Assembly (NCBI GenBank): GCA_001643675.2
Contig: LSRY02000040.1
Coordinates: forward strand, 806,001 to 870,000
Reading direction: 5' to 3'
DNA: 64,000 nucleotides
DNA from: Monocercomonoides exilis PA203
Taxonomy: Eukaryota; Protista; Preaxostyla
The translations under genes were made by a program, and so were the position numbers. Positions within the stretch are counted from its first letter, which is position 1. Each line of letters opens with the position of its first letter. Positions 49,415 to 62,040 of this stretch are shown piece by piece. Under the pieces are notes generated by a model. That model was not told the DNA's origin. It saw nothing but the letters and a program-made list of their open reading frames with translations, and did no database searches.

Positions 49415-52400
49415 GTGCTTTTGAACTATTTTCTTCTTCCGAAGAGGAACATTCAGCTCTGCTTCAGCGATTCGAATAGCATCAATTCGCAAGCTGTACA
49501 GAATGAGATGAAAGGAGTGAATGGACATCGAATGAGAAATGGCAGTGGGAGATGGAAGGAGCTTCAAGGCACATTGCGTTCATCCGCTTGCTTTATGACA
49601 TCGCCAAGAAGCGAAGAGAAAGGAGAGTGAGAGTTCAAATGGAAGAAGCAATGAAGGTGGATTTCAGAAGCAAATTGAGCGCAGAGCAGAAGGAAGGAAA
49701 TCAGAAGGAAGAGCCTAAGGCGAAGACGAAGACGAAACGGAAAGACGAGTTTTGCACATCGCAAATTGACGCTTTCGACACAAGGCTTGCACAGGCAGCG
49801 ACAGAAAGGAGGAGGAGGGACAGAGGAAAAGAAGAAGGAGGTGATGAAAATGATGATGAACAGTACCAGACATTTTACTCGTTTGACAGCACATTCTCAT
49901 CTTCCCAGTTGCATACTCAAAACATCACAGCCTCCTCGTCAGTTTCCACTCATCCTTTTTCTCCCTTGCCACACACACAATTGTCTGCCCCTTCTGTTCT
50001 TGTTGGAACTTCTCCAGAGCCACTCGCTCATTTATCTCCTGCTACATACTCCTCTTCACTCACACTAAAGTCCATTTGAGCATCCGGCCAAATCTCTTCC
50101 TCTCACTCTCATTCATCTATTTCTTCAGTTTCGCTGCATATCTCTTTTATGATTCTCCGGAAGAGCAGATTGGGCAATGCTGGTGTGTTTGCAAGCATCA
50201 GCGCGTCAGCGACGAGGGATGTGTTTGAGCCACAGAGTATCCTTCTGAACTATGCAGCGTATGTGGCTAGCTAGGGGATTCGTGTGCGTTGTGGCGAGAA
50301 GGAAGTGAAGGAAGGGAAGGGAGAGAAGAAGGATGAGAAGAGGAGTGAAAATGAGTTTGTGAGTGATAAAGACGAAAAGGGATCGTTGTGTCTGACAGAT
50401 AAATGCATCGATAATGAGAAAAATGAAGGGGAAGAAGAGGAAGAAGAAGATGGATTTGACAAACACATTAAAAAGGCTCAGAAAGAAAGAGGAGCAAAAG
50501 AAAAGAAGAAAACAACAAATGAGAAGAATAAGCCTGTAACGATTCAAACCACTCTTGGCTCAGATTTTCTGCCTGAAATCAAAAATCGAAGAATGATGCA
50601 GCAACAAATATCGGAATACAATTCACTCTCTCAACATTTTCATCTGCTAACGCATCATCTTCATTCTCAACTTCTTCGTTTCCAACTTCATCACCATCCT
50701 TTTTTGCTTCAACTACTTAATCATGTTTTTATTTTTTCTTTTATTCAAGTTTTTTCATCAATTCATCATTTCTTTCTCTTCTTCTTCACCTGATTCATTT
50801 GCTAACAAAGAAGAAATTCCTCAAAATCATCATCCACTTCCACAAGTGACGCCAATCAATCCTCCTCTTCCAACAGCCAATTAGATACAGGCAAATCAAT
50901 CCAAACTGTTCAAGATTCCTCGTTCAGGTATTCATCCTTCACCTGTATCATTGTCATTGGGAATATATGGAACTTATTCTTCTTCTTCCTCTTTCTCTTC
51001 TTCTTCTCATTTAAATTCTTCTTCCTCTTCTTCTTCTTCTTCCAATCAACCAAATGAAATTCCAGCTGTTTTTCAGCGTTGAACCGAAGACAAACAGAAA
51101 AGAGTAGTCGAAATGGCAATTTTGTGGGGGAAAAGAGAAAAAGAAAAAGAGGAAAAGAAGAGAAAAGAAGAAGAAAGAAAAAATGTGATTTGAAACGACA
51201 AATCGGAAGAATTAGCAGAAAGAAAGAGAATATGAGACGAAGAAGAAATGATAAAATGGATAGAGAAGAAGAAAGAGAAGGAGAAGAGAGAGAATGAAAA
51301 AGAGAAGGAGAGGAAGAATAAGGAGAGGAAGGATTTGGTAGTGAAAAAAGGAAAAGAAGGAGAAAAAGGAGGAAAGGGAAGAAAGGGAAGGAAAACAAGA
51401 AGAAGAAGAAAGAAGAAAAGAAGAAGAAGAAAATACAGATGAAGACTATCAAGATGAACTTTTGCTTTTGAAGCTAACTTCTCTTTTCACTCAGCGAAGA
51501 CTGAAAGAAATCGAAGAGAAGAAGCAATTGACAAAAATGTTGGCTTTGAGAAAAGAAGAAGAAGAAGATGATGTTGTTGGGTTTTATTTTGCTGGCAAAA
51601 ATAATTCGAAAAAACAAGGCGAAAAAGGGAATTAAAAAGGAGAAAATAAAAATAAAAATAAAAATGATGAAAAGAAAGACAAAAAGAAAGAAGAAATGAA
51701 AAAGAAGTGGGAAACCCAAAATGAAAAAGAAATTTCTCCGTCGCCGCTAATTCTCCAACTGTATTTTCACGATATAAACACACAAGCGGAATGGTTAGCA
51801 GCCGAAGAAGCGAAAAAGACGAAGGAAAACGAGAAAGAATTGACGTTTCATCCGATTATTTACAAAGGGACAGATTGGATTGAAAGAGAGAAGAAAAAGA
51901 AAACGAAAAAAAGACATAAAGAAATAAAGAAAAAATAGAAAAAAGAAAACATTAAAACATTATCTTCTAAGCCAACACACCATCAACCAATCTTTTCCAA
52001 TCTTCTGGGAACAAATAAGGCATTCCATCTTTTGTCATTCTTTTCTTCCAAAACAAAAAGAAGTTGATTTCTTCATTGGACTTGTTGTGAATGGAGCTGA
52101 TAGAAGAGATGGGTTTGGTGGGAGGATAAAGAAGAAGAAGAAGAAGAAGAAGAAGAAGAAGAGGGATCGGAAGAGGAAGAGGAAGAGGAAGAAAAAGAAA
52201 AAGAAAAAGAAGAAGCAAAAGCAGAACTTCTCTTTAAAGTGAGTGTTTCGCTTCCGAGCGGTCCAGCTTCTTTTCGTGTTTTTGAAGGGGACTGTTTGGA
52301 AGAGGATGTGAAACCGTTTTGCGAGAGGTATTTTTTGAGAGAAGAGAAAGAGAGGAGGATAAAATAGGTGGTGGAGAACGCATTGGAAGGGAGAGAGAGA

Positions 52401-52932
52401 GGGAAGAGAAGAAGGAAGAGAAGAAGGAAGAATGGAAGAAAGAGAAAGAGAAAAGAAAGAAAACTGTGCTGTGAGAGACAAACATTCTAATCAATCACTT
52501 CATCCTTCGTCTTCATCATCGTCATCGTCGTCATTTTCTTCTTCTCATTCTTCTTCATTTTTTAATTTTAATTTTTATTTTAATTTCTTCTTCTTCATCA
52601 TCATCTTCTTTTTATTTTTCTTCTTCTTCTTCTTCTTCTTCTTCTTCCCACTCGAATTATGGATCAACCTCTTCTTCTTCATCCTCCTCCTTTGCTCACC
52701 TCGTCGCTCACACAGCGGCCAATGAACTTTGTGTAAAGGAAAATTTGTTTCCAGAAGAGTTTCACAAGCAATTGTAGTTATTGAGGAATTCAACGAGAAG
52801 AATGACGCAGAAAGAACCGGAGAGGAAGCCAACAACACCACAGGTATTTTCGAAGGGAGAATTTTCAAGAAGCGGAGTGGAAATGGAAGGAAGATGAGAG
52901 AGGATGGAGAAGGAAGAGGGAAGGACAAGTGA
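49415..52932 (+). pseudogene. Degenerate low-complexity host gene fragments (cargo of the 6-kb element)
   Basis: Broken ORFs including 49552..50079, 50284..50793 and 51696..51938 (KELTFHPII, resembling E.TF.P.I repeats), with S/E microsatellite tracts. Confidence 0.45.
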
Positions 52933-53623
52933 TGAGAAGAATAAAGAGTAAAAAGACTAGTTCGAATAAGTTTTATTCATTGATTATCGATTTCATTGTA
53001 TTTCATTCAACGTTTGATGAAGAAACTGAATCGAAAAGAAAGGACTGATATATTGTGATGATATTTCCGTCGAAGAAATAGATAAAGTCAAGAAAACAAA
53101 TTGGTTTCAAAAGTTTGAAGTTAAATAATTTTTAATTGAAACAAATTTATAGCAAACTTCTTCAATTGTGTTTTTCAAAGTATTTTTTATTTATTAGGAT
53201 AGTTTTAGCAAGTTGAGAAACTTGATATTTTTATCCAACAGTTTTATTTTTTATTTTTCACATTATTTTTCTTTGATCAAAAAAATTCTTTTCCACAAAA
53301 ACCTCAAAAATGTATGTTTTTTTTATATAACAATAAAACAAATATATATTACAGATATTTTAGCTAAATGCTGAAGAAAAATCAATTTGATTTTTTGATC
53401 AGTAATACCACAATAGTATTTATTTTTTCGATTTTTGATCTTTTTATATGATATCAAAAAAAATCACCCAATTGAAAAAACAAGTTTGAAGGGACGTTTT
53501 TTTTTTTTGACTATAGAAAGTGATTGATAATAATTTTTGTAATAAACAAACTATTAAATTATTTTGTATTCAATTTCAATTTTATTGAAAAATTTTGTTT
53601 ATTATTATTTTTTTAAAAATTTG

Positions 53624-54385
53624 CACCAAAAATAATTCAAATTCGAAAAAAAATAATTCAATTTCGAAACGTGAATTTTTTTGATTTGTGGAATGAATAA
53701 CTTGTGTTTGTTGTTATAAATTCTTTAAATTTTTATCTCATCAGCAAATTTTGTTTATCAATATTTGTAAAATGATGCATTTTTATTTAAAAATATTCTT
53801 TCTTTTTGGATGAAGATTTATTGATTGAAGTTTATTTGAAAAGGAAAGAAATGCATTTTCATGTTTAAAACCGATATTATTCAAAATTTTGCCAATGAAA
53901 CAATCACATTATTGTGAAAAAATAATACAATAATCGTGATTAAATTTTTTCAATTTTTATTTTGTTATTCAATGGAATGAATTTTTATGAAATTATAGTT
54001 ATTTGAGTGATGATTTTCGAAAATGAAAAAAAAATTTTTGAAAAATTTATTTATTGATTGTTGCAATAAAAAAACAGTTTTCTATGAGTAATAAAATTTG
54101 ATTGGTTAAAAAATAACTTAAACTTTTCTGAAATCCATTCTCGAGAAAAAATAAAAAATTACAGTTAATAATGAATTTCGAAATTGAAATAATCATTTTC
54201 GAATTCGAATTATTAATTCCGAAATCGAATTATTTTTTTTCGAATTCGAATTATTAATTCCGAATTTGAATTGTTTTTTTTCGAAATTGAAATATTAATT
54301 CCGAATTCGAATTATTAATTTTCGAAATTGAAATATTAATTACGAAATTGAATTATTCTTTTTCGATTTTGAATTATTTTTGGTG
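53624..54385. mobile_element. 762-bp non-autonomous CACC…GGTG TIR element with subterminal tandem repeats
   Basis: CACCAAAAATAATTCAAATTCGAAAAAAAATAATTCAATTTCG at 53624 matches the revcomp of the end at 54385 (~43 bp, 2-3 mismatches). Flanks are TG / TA. Confidence 0.7.
54175..54381. repeat. ~20-21-bp tandem repeat (TTCGAAWTYGAAWTATTAAT-like), ~10 copies
   Basis: Read directly. The same unit forms the TIR of 53624..54385. Confidence 0.8.
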
Positions 54386-54967
54386 TAACAAACTAACAAA
54401 TTAATAAATACATCTAAGTTTTATTAATTAAGAAATAACAAATATTTGTTAATGCTTATCCAATGAAACCGAATAACCTTCGGCTGAGGACTAGACTGAT
54501 TCCATCCAGTTTCTTCATTCTTTTTTTTATAATTGAGAAACTTGAAGGACTTGGGTCCAGAATCAGTTTCCCAGGTAAATAAATGTTTATAATTATTATT
54601 TTTATAAAAATAAAAATTTCGAAAACAATTAATTGAATTATTTAATTAAACGTTGAAATTTTTATCTAAATGACGGGTGGAACAAAATTTGGAAAAAGAA
54701 AATTTCGCCCCATAAATATCATTCTTCAAATAATCTGTTGGTTATGATCAAAAAGAAACAAAAAATTACCATTTCTGGAATCGAACAGCCAATCTTTGTG
54801 GCTTCTTCTCAATTTCTTTTGCACTTCATTTTATATTACAAAAATTTAACTGTTTGTATTGCGATCATTTTAGTACTGCAAGATAATCAACGATGTGTGT
54901 ATTTATCTTTCATTTTGTTATTTACCAAGCTTTGCCCTCTTTTTGAATATTTTTTATAACAAACAGA

Positions 54968-56452
54968 ATGAGTTTGCCAGATGATGATAATCCTGAAGAT
55001 AATAAATCAGAAGAAAATAATTCAGAAGATGATTGTTCTGAAGATGAAATTCCGACTACGGCCAGAACAGAACAGTTTTCAAGTTTGCCATTTTATTTGA
55101 ATTGACCAATTCTGAACATAATTTTTGTTTTTTTAAATTCTATTGCAGAATTGTTTTGCGAACTGGAAGGTCGCAGAGAAGATGAACAGAAACAGAAAAT
55201 TGAAGAAATGAATGAAATAGTTGATGAAATGGATGAAGAAGAATTTGAATCGATTTTCGCAAAAGATCTATACAATAAAATGTCAAAAATGATTGAAGAA
55301 AAGACATTATCATGGGGAAACACAATCTTGCTGTTGAAGCATGTTGGATACTGCAATGAATTGAAATGCTTGTCATGCTATGATTTTGATTATACATTAT
55401 TGAGCGAAAGGATGAAAGAGATGATAATTGATGAAAATGAGAAGAAGAAAGAAGAAAAGAATGAAAAGTTTCTGACTGATCTTTGTGAATGTTATGCTTT
55501 GCTAATCTACCAGTTTTCATGTGAATTGCTTTCAATAATTGTGCCGTGCCTTCTGAAAGCTGCCTCGAAGAAAGAGGGAAATGAGGAGACTCAAAAAGAA
55601 GTGAAAATGGCTTTATTGGCGTTAAGCAACATTAAACAATGGGATGTGTGTTTATTTATATATTGATTGTTTTTTTTTCTTATCTTTTATTAGTTATTAG
55701 AAAAAGAACTGTATTTGAATGGGATAACAGAAGTCATCAAATATCACCAGGATAATCAGAATCTGACACGCCTTGCCTATCAGTCTGCTTGGAGGTTTTT
55801 GATAAAAAGATTTTACAACGACGAAAGCTTGGAAGACATAATTGTGAATGACCTGCATTTTGCGAGAGAAGCAAGAAGAGAACTGGAAGATCTGTCAAAG
55901 AGTGTGAATTGGAAGAGAAAAGAAGAAAGAAGAAAAGAAACGGAAGAAGCACTTGTTATCAGGAGATGGCTCCCTGAAATAAAAAAATACATTTACTTGT
56001 GCACATTGTGGAACGAAGAATGCTCTGGGCTTATCAGAAGCATTTGTCAAGTATTTCACGCATCAAGAGATATTTACCCAGATATAAGCCATGCATGCAT
56101 TATTTCTTTAGGAATTGCAGCAGAAAAGCGAGATGTGGAGATTGATGTTTTACAGAAGAATGGTGTCATAGATGTATTTTTGGAGAAAATGAATCAATCA
56201 ACTTTTGATTATAAAATGATAACTGATTGCTTGTATTTCTTTTCGAAAATTTCAGAAAGATTGAATGAAAAGGAGGATGAGGAAAAGGAAGAAGCGAAAA
56301 GAAAAGAGTTGAAAAGAAAGATATTTGAAAAGATGGAAGAAGAAGGATATGAAGATATTATAGTAGGATTTCACAAAGTATTTGATTTTCTTCGCAGACA
56401 ATATTATTACAAATTGTCATTGGACTTTTCTGATTATTTCGTGAATTTTTAA
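54968..56452 (+). CDS. Multicopy helical (ARM-like) hypothetical protein, 3 exons: join(54968..55082,55149..55645,55694..56452)
   Basis: GT..AG introns of 66 and 48 nt splice in frame (TEQFSK-LFCELE; KQWD-LLEKELYL). Motifs EMNEIVDEMDEEEF, VPCLLKAA..KE.NEETQKEV.MALLALS and KMEEEGYED. Confidence 0.85.
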
Positions 56453-57375
56453 GGAAATGAAACGAATTGAACAATGAAATTCAAAAATATTTATTTAATA
56501 ATTTTTATTTTTATTTTTATTTTTTTTTAGTTGTCATTTCACAAAATTGAAAGCAAACCATTGAATTGTTTTGTTTTTAATTTGAAAAAATTGACATTTT
56601 TCCATAAAAAGAAAGAAAGAAATGTGAAATGAATGCATTTAAAACAACAATAGAAAGCACGAAAATTGTAATACATTACTGTTTTGCATTTCCAGTGGGC
56701 TTTAAATTCATCATATTTCTTTGGCGTATCTATTGATTAAAATAAAATAATTAATATCAAGTATTTCTTTGTAAAATCATTATGAAACGCATACAGAAGC
56801 TTCCATATATGACTAAGAAAAACGAAAATGAACAAAGCCAAAATATACTTATGTTTAACAAATTAACACAGCAAAAACACCTTTTCTTCACTTTTCTTTT
56901 TGTGATGCGTTGGATCTTCAGCATCAGGATCATGCAAAATAGTAAATTGTTCTGCAGTATATGTATCCTTTGTAGTTGATTTCCAATCACTGGTATCATC
57001 AATAAATCCAGAGTTATACTTCATCCAAAAAGATTGTTTATTTTCATCTTCATGAAAACAAAACAGCACACTCTACCCCAGAGAGTTTTGGAAAAATCTT
57101 TTGTTTTTTTAATGGATGCTTCTCTTTCTTCTTCACTCTCTCCTATATTCCGAGACATTGAAAAAAAGAAAAAACCGATTTTCTGATCAATAATGCTGTA
57201 TTTTATTTCTTTTCTTTTTGAATTTTTATTTTTTGTTTTATTTTGAACAAGTTTGAGTTTAATAAAGTTGACACAATTTTAAAAAAGGTTATATGACTGC
57301 ATATATCCATTATAGCAATGAAATAAATTCACGAAGCGAGGGTTTGGAAATTTTTAAATTATCAACAAATTTTCA

Positions 57376-60300
57376 TTGTTCGATGAAGATCAATGTTCTT
57401 TGACCTTCGACAAATTGAAAAATGACTTGCATGGGAAAATTGCGGATCTCCTTTCATTTCAAAAAAATCATACAGAGCAACTTAATGAATCTTTTGAATA
57501 TGCAAAGTTGCATTCAACTTCATTTGAATTGAAAAGTGAGACTTCAAACGCAGGTTCAACAGAAAGTCCTTGCTTCTGCATTGCAACAAATTGCCCTTTA
57601 ACAAATTTTATTTGCTATTTAAAGCGATATGAAGACAAAAATAAACAAGGAAACAATTTTTCGACTTCTTCGAAAGAGCGCCAACGAAAAAAGCGTGACG
57701 AAGAGTGTATACAAAAAAATGACAGTCTTTGGCCTTGCCAACCAACATGTGGAAAAGGAAAATCAACGCTTAATTTGATAAGAAAGATACATTCTATCTT
57801 GAAAAAGAGTCGTGACATGGGAATTTCCACACCGACTCACCCTGCACAAAAACCTCCATATTCGAGCTTTGAAAAGTTTCACAGAGAATCTTTTTTCGAA
57901 TCGTCTTCGATTGATTCAGCCCAACAATGCGATGTCAAGATTTCTGAATCAAAAATTCAAAATAAGAGTTTGGAATTGTTTCAAAGTGAAAATCAATCAT
58001 CAAATACCAAAAGCCATTCGAAGCTGCAAGCGCCTTCTCTTTACACTGCAATGCCGTTGACGGACCTTCTTCATTCACCAGTAGTTCATGCAACAGCCAA
58101 GCTACATCTTACGTCTCATTCATCAAACCTTTCCTCATTTAGCCACTCTGAAGAGGATAGAATTTCCACAACTGCAAATGCTTCTTCTTCCTCTTCTTCT
58201 CCCTCTTTTTCCTCTTCGTCTTCTTCTTCTTCCTTCAATTTTCCTTCAGGAATCCTTCCTCCTCTTCCCTCTTCGCCTTCTTCGACTTATTACACCAAGT
58301 CTTCACGCCTTCCTTCACCTCCTCCATTGCGCCTGCAATCGTTTCACATGCGTCTGAACAAGAGCTGCTCTTCGGATGCCTTTTCCCAGCTGCCTCCTCC
58401 GCCATCACCGCCTTCTCCTTATTTTCTTTCTGCTTCTGCTTCTTCTTCTTCTTCGCCATCTTCTTTTTCTTCTTCACCGTCTTCTTCTCCTGCAACGTCA
58501 TTCAAACAAAATAATTCTTGTACCAATTCTTTCAAGTATTTAAAAGAGAAAGAGAAAGAAGAGGAAGAGGAAGAATACGAGGAAGACGAGGAAGACGAGG
58601 AAGACGAGGAAGAAGAAAAATCTGTAAAAAATGGAAGGGAAGATATCGAAGAATCTGTCGCAGAAAAAGAAGAGGAACGCAAACACTCATTTTTCACTGC
58701 AGGTGTCGGAAATTCGCCTCTTTCTCCGATTTTTATTTTCTCGCATGCAACACAGAGGAAGGAGAAGAAGAAGAGTGTAGAGAAAGAAGTTAAAGTTGAA
58801 GAAGAGGAAGAAGAAGAAGATGATGATGAAGGATTTGATTCAAGTGCAATGAAAACACCAAAACGCACAAAATTATTGAAACACTCGAAATTTAGTGAAA
58901 AAGGAATATTTTCAGAAATTTTTGCAAAAGACGGACTTTCTCACGATGTCCAAAAGGAGACAAAAGCAGAAAATGAGAGGAAAATGAAGGAGCTCATTGG
59001 GAATATTCGCAAGGCTCAGAAAAAGAATGAAGGAGAAGCCAACGATGAAGAGAACAAAAGAGAAAAGGAAATATTTTCAGAAATCGAAGGAAAAACAGAC
59101 AGAAAAGAGGAGATCGAAGAAGAGGAGAAAAAGAAAGAAGAGGAGAATCGAAGAGAAACAGAAGGAGAAAAAGAAGAGCGGAGAAATAAAGAGAATAAAG
59201 AGAATAAAGAGAAAATTGCAAAAGGAAAAGGAGATGAAAATACCAATTCAATTGAAAAAGAAGAAGAAGAAAAAGAAGAAAAATCAATAATGGATGTTAG
59301 TGACAGTGAAAGCAACTTGAGTGATGTTAGAGAAGAAAGAGAAGAAGAAGAAATGAAGATTGAATACATTAATACGAATAACGTTGACTCAAAAGCAAGA
59401 AATGAAGAAGAAATGACAGAAATGGATGAAAGAGGAGGAAAAAAAGGAGGAAGAGAAGGAGAAGGAGAAGGAGAAGGAGAAGGAGAAGGAGAAGGAGAAG
59501 GAGAAGGAGAAGGAGATAATGAAGAGGAGGAGGACGGAGAGAAGGAGGAAAAAGAAGAATTTGATGGAAATGCCGAAGAAATCTGCAGTCATCAGCAAAG
59601 AATGTTGAATAAGAGCAATAGAAGATCTATTTTTGAGCAGCAAAATGAATTCAAAAACGACAGAGAAGCTGAAATGGATGATGAAGTTTCAGATGAAGTG
59701 GACGGAGAGGAAGAGGAAGAGGAAGAGGAGGAAGAGGAAGAAGAAAAAGAAGAAGAAGAAAAATTCGAAGAAGAAAAGGGTGAGATAAAGGCAGACGATT
59801 CAAAAGAGGGCAAAGATATTGAAGAATCACATGTGAAGGAAAATGATCAGTTTCTTTTCGAAGACGAGGAAGAAGGAGAAGAAGCATGGGAAGCGTGCAA
59901 TGAATCAGGAATATTTGAAGAGGAAGCAGTCAGAAAGGATTTGTTAACACAGGAAAAGAGAAAAATAAGCAGCAAAGAAGAGGAAGAGGAAGAGGTTGAG
60001 GAAGAGGAAGAGGTTGAGGAAGAGGAAGAGGAAGAGGAAGAGGAAGAGGAAGGTGAGGAAGAAGAACAAGAAGAAGAAAGAGAAGAAGACGAAAAAGTTA
60101 AAGCAGAAGAGGAAATGGAACCAACAGAGAGGGAAGGAGAAGGAGAAAGAGAAAGAGAACAAGCAACGGACCTCTTCTGGACAAACACATCAGCCTCATT
60201 CAGTTCGCTGGATGATTCGCTGGATGATTCGACCTCTTTTTCGCTTTCTGTGAAAGAGTCGATGGAAAGGAAGAAGAGGAGGAGGAAGAGGAAGAATGAG

Positions 60301-62040
60301 GAGGAAAAAGAAAAGGGGAAAGAGAAAGAGAAAGCGAAAGCGAAAGAGGAGAAAAGGAAGGAGGATATGGAGGATATGAAGAGTTTGGAAAGGAAAACTT
60401 CTTTGGTCCAGAAAAAAAGAAAGAAAATCAACACCAACGGACTGAAGAATGAGATTCGAAAGGAAGAGAATGCAAAAGCAGCAAAAGCCAAACAAGATTT
60501 GAGCATTCATTCAAGGCATTCAAATGGCCAAGTGAAAGTTAATTCAACTCGTCTCTCGCCTTCCTCAAAGATTTTCGAACAAGCGAAATCAAACAATTCT
60601 GATAAAGCCAGAAATCCTTCAACATCGTCGTCATCATCAACTTCTTCTTCTTCAGTTTCTTCTTCTCTGCAATCAGCAAAATCATCACAAAAGCTGAATG
60701 ATAAACGGACCAAAATCCAATCAAAGCCAAAAGTATCGCAAAGAAAGCAATCAACAAAGGCATCATCGTCTGTGGCATTGGCAACTGCTCCATCGAGAAT
60801 TCAGCCAAAAAACAGAGCAAAATCAGCACAAAATGAGCAAAAATCACAAATTAAACAGAAAGAAACAACCGAAAACAAGCCAAGGTGGAACTGTTCAGCC
60901 AATCCGGCCAGCAGGCAATTGAAGCAGAAGCCAGCAATGTTTTCGGTGTTCTTTCAGAAAGAGAAGAAGACAGAAAAAGAAAAAGAGAAGGATAATGAAA
61001 AAGAGAAGGAAAAGGAGCAAGTGAAGAAAGAGAATGAGAAAATTACATCAGATTCTTTTGAAGGTGGCATAGGAAAGACGAATGAAAAAGAAGATGAAAG
61101 AAAAGAAATAGATTTCTTGAGCAGACAAGAATCAGTTGCTGAAGAAGAAAAAGATGCGAAACAGAAAGATTCTGAAGCAGAAAAAGAAGAAGCGAAAAGA
61201 AGTTTTGCAAAAAAAGGAAAAGAAAACGAAATGTTGAGTAATGTTTACCCATCGGAGCAAGTTTCGGAGGCAGAAGCTGCAGAAGCAGAATCATTGAAGA
61301 AGGAATTGAGAGAGGAGAAAAAGATGACAAAGCAGACTTCAAAGCAACATAAGTCAACAGCAACTCCAAAGAAAACAGCACTTTCGGCTGCAAACAAGAA
61401 GTTTATCCATCTTTCTGCTCCTTCTCAAACAGAATCGGATGCAAAAAAAGAAATGAATGTTCATTTGCATCCAGTTGATGCTGAAAGAAACCAAAACAAA
61501 CAAAGAAAAGCTCTTTCCCCCAAAATTGCAAAAGATGTTCAAAAGCCCAACGAAGCCGAAAAAACAAGCAAAAATGCCAATCGAACAAAATCGAGTTTCA
61601 GAAAATTTGTGCCAAAGAAGATAAGGCAGCTGGGCACGTTGAGAGAAATGTTGGAGAAGAAAAGCAATTTGACAACAGAAACAATTGGGAAAGCAAATGA
61701 TCGTCAAGCAATTGACAGCCTGTTGAATGCATCTTTGAGTTCTCGGCTTTCTTCCTCGCGTTCTTCTTCTGCCTCAGCTTCTGCTCTTGTTTCTCCGCAA
61801 AGAATGCGAAATTCGTGTTTGACATCAGAAAATATAACACCTCCTCCAAATTCTCTCCATCTCAGTCAATCTCACTCTGTTTTAAAAGAAGATTCGCTGA
61901 ATTGTTTGTCGAGTACTTACTCTTCCCAAAGTTCGTATATGACTTCTCCTCCTTCCATTCCTGTTCGCATGCAGAACCCACATCCCGTCACTTCTTACGC
62001 CTCTGCATTCATCAAGCGAATATCTTCTTCTGCTCATTAA
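57376..62040 (+). CDS. Large low-complexity Glu/Lys/Ser-rich hypothetical protein (~1550 aa); true start uncertain
   Basis: Uninterrupted 4.6-kb ORF beginning at TTG, so an upstream exon is likely. No recognisable domain. Confidence 0.75.
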   Translation: MFDEDQCSLTFDKLKNDLHGKIADLLSFQKNHTEQLNESFEYAKLHSTSFELKSETSNAGSTESPCFCIATNCPLTNFICYLKRYEDKNKQGNNFSTSSKERQRKKRDEECIQKNDSLWPCQPTCGKGKSTLNLIRKIHSILKKSRDMGISTPTHPAQKPPYSSFEKFHRESFFESSSIDSAQQCDVKISESKIQNKSLELFQSENQSSNTKSHSKLQAPSLYTAMPLTDLLHSPVVHATAKLHLTSHSSNLSSFSHSEEDRISTTANASSSSSSPSFSSSSSSSSFNFPSGILPPLPSSPSSTYYTKSSRLPSPPPLRLQSFHMRLNKSCSSDAFSQLPPPPSPPSPYFLSASASSSSSPSSFSSSPSSSPATSFKQNNSCTNSFKYLKEKEKEEEEEEYEEDEEDEEDEEEEKSVKNGREDIEESVAEKEEERKHSFFTAGVGNSPLSPIFIFSHATQRKEKKKSVEKEVKVEEEEEEEDDDEGFDSSAMKTPKRTKLLKHSKFSEKGIFSEIFAKDGLSHDVQKETKAENERKMKELIGNIRKAQKKNEGEANDEENKREKEIFSEIEGKTDRKEEIEEEEKKKEEENRRETEGEKEERRNKENKENKEKIAKGKGDENTNSIEKEEEEKEEKSIMDVSDSESNLSDVREEREEEEMKIEYINTNNVDSKARNEEEMTEMDERGGKKGGREGEGEGEGEGEGEGEGEGEGDNEEEEDGEKEEKEEFDGNAEEICSHQQRMLNKSNRRSIFEQQNEFKNDREAEMDDEVSDEVDGEEEEEEEEEEEEEKEEEEKFEEEKGEIKADDSKEGKDIEESHVKENDQFLFEDEEEGEEAWEACNESGIFEEEAVRKDLLTQEKRKISSKEEEEEEVEEEEEVEEEEEEEEEEEEGEEEEQEEEREEDEKVKAEEEMEPTEREGEGEREREQATDLFWTNTSASFSSLDDSLDDSTSFSLSVKESMERKKRRRKRKNEEEKEKGKEKEKAKAKEEKRKEDMEDMKSLERKTSLVQKKRKKINTNGLKNEIRKEENAKAAKAKQDLSIHSRHSNGQVKVNSTRLSPSSKIFEQAKSNNSDKARNPSTSSSSSTSSSSVSSSLQSAKSSQKLNDKRTKIQSKPKVSQRKQSTKASSSVALATAPSRIQPKNRAKSAQNEQKSQIKQKETTENKPRWNCSANPASRQLKQKPAMFSVFFQKEKKTEKEKEKDNEKEKEKEQVKKENEKITSDSFEGGIGKTNEKEDERKEIDFLSRQESVAEEEKDAKQKDSEAEKEEAKRSFAKKGKENEMLSNVYPSEQVSEAEAAEAESLKKELREEKKMTKQTSKQHKSTATPKKTALSAANKKFIHLSAPSQTESDAKKEMNVHLHPVDAERNQNKQRKALSPKIAKDVQKPNEAEKTSKNANRTKSSFRKFVPKKIRQLGTLREMLEKKSNLTTETIGKANDRQAIDSLLNASLSSRLSSSRSSSASASALVSPQRMRNSCLTSENITPPPNSLHLSQSHSVLKEDSLNCLSSTYSSQSSYMTSPPSIPVRMQNPHPVTSYASAFIKRISSSAH

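Larger units (their letters stand above)
47430..53469. mobile_element. 6-kb non-autonomous cargo element, GGGTGA-TIR family, AATT target duplication
   Basis: Perfect 22-bp TIR GGGTGATTTTTTTTGATATCAT at 47430..47451 and 53448..53469. AATT lies at 47426-29 and 53470-73. The TIR is 20/22 identical to that of the 258-bp MITE at 15445. Confidence 0.78.

Noticed and set aside
54175-54381. CRISPR-like array
   Set aside because: The units are contiguous, degenerate and have no unique spacers. No cas genes are present and the context is a eukaryotic transposon end.
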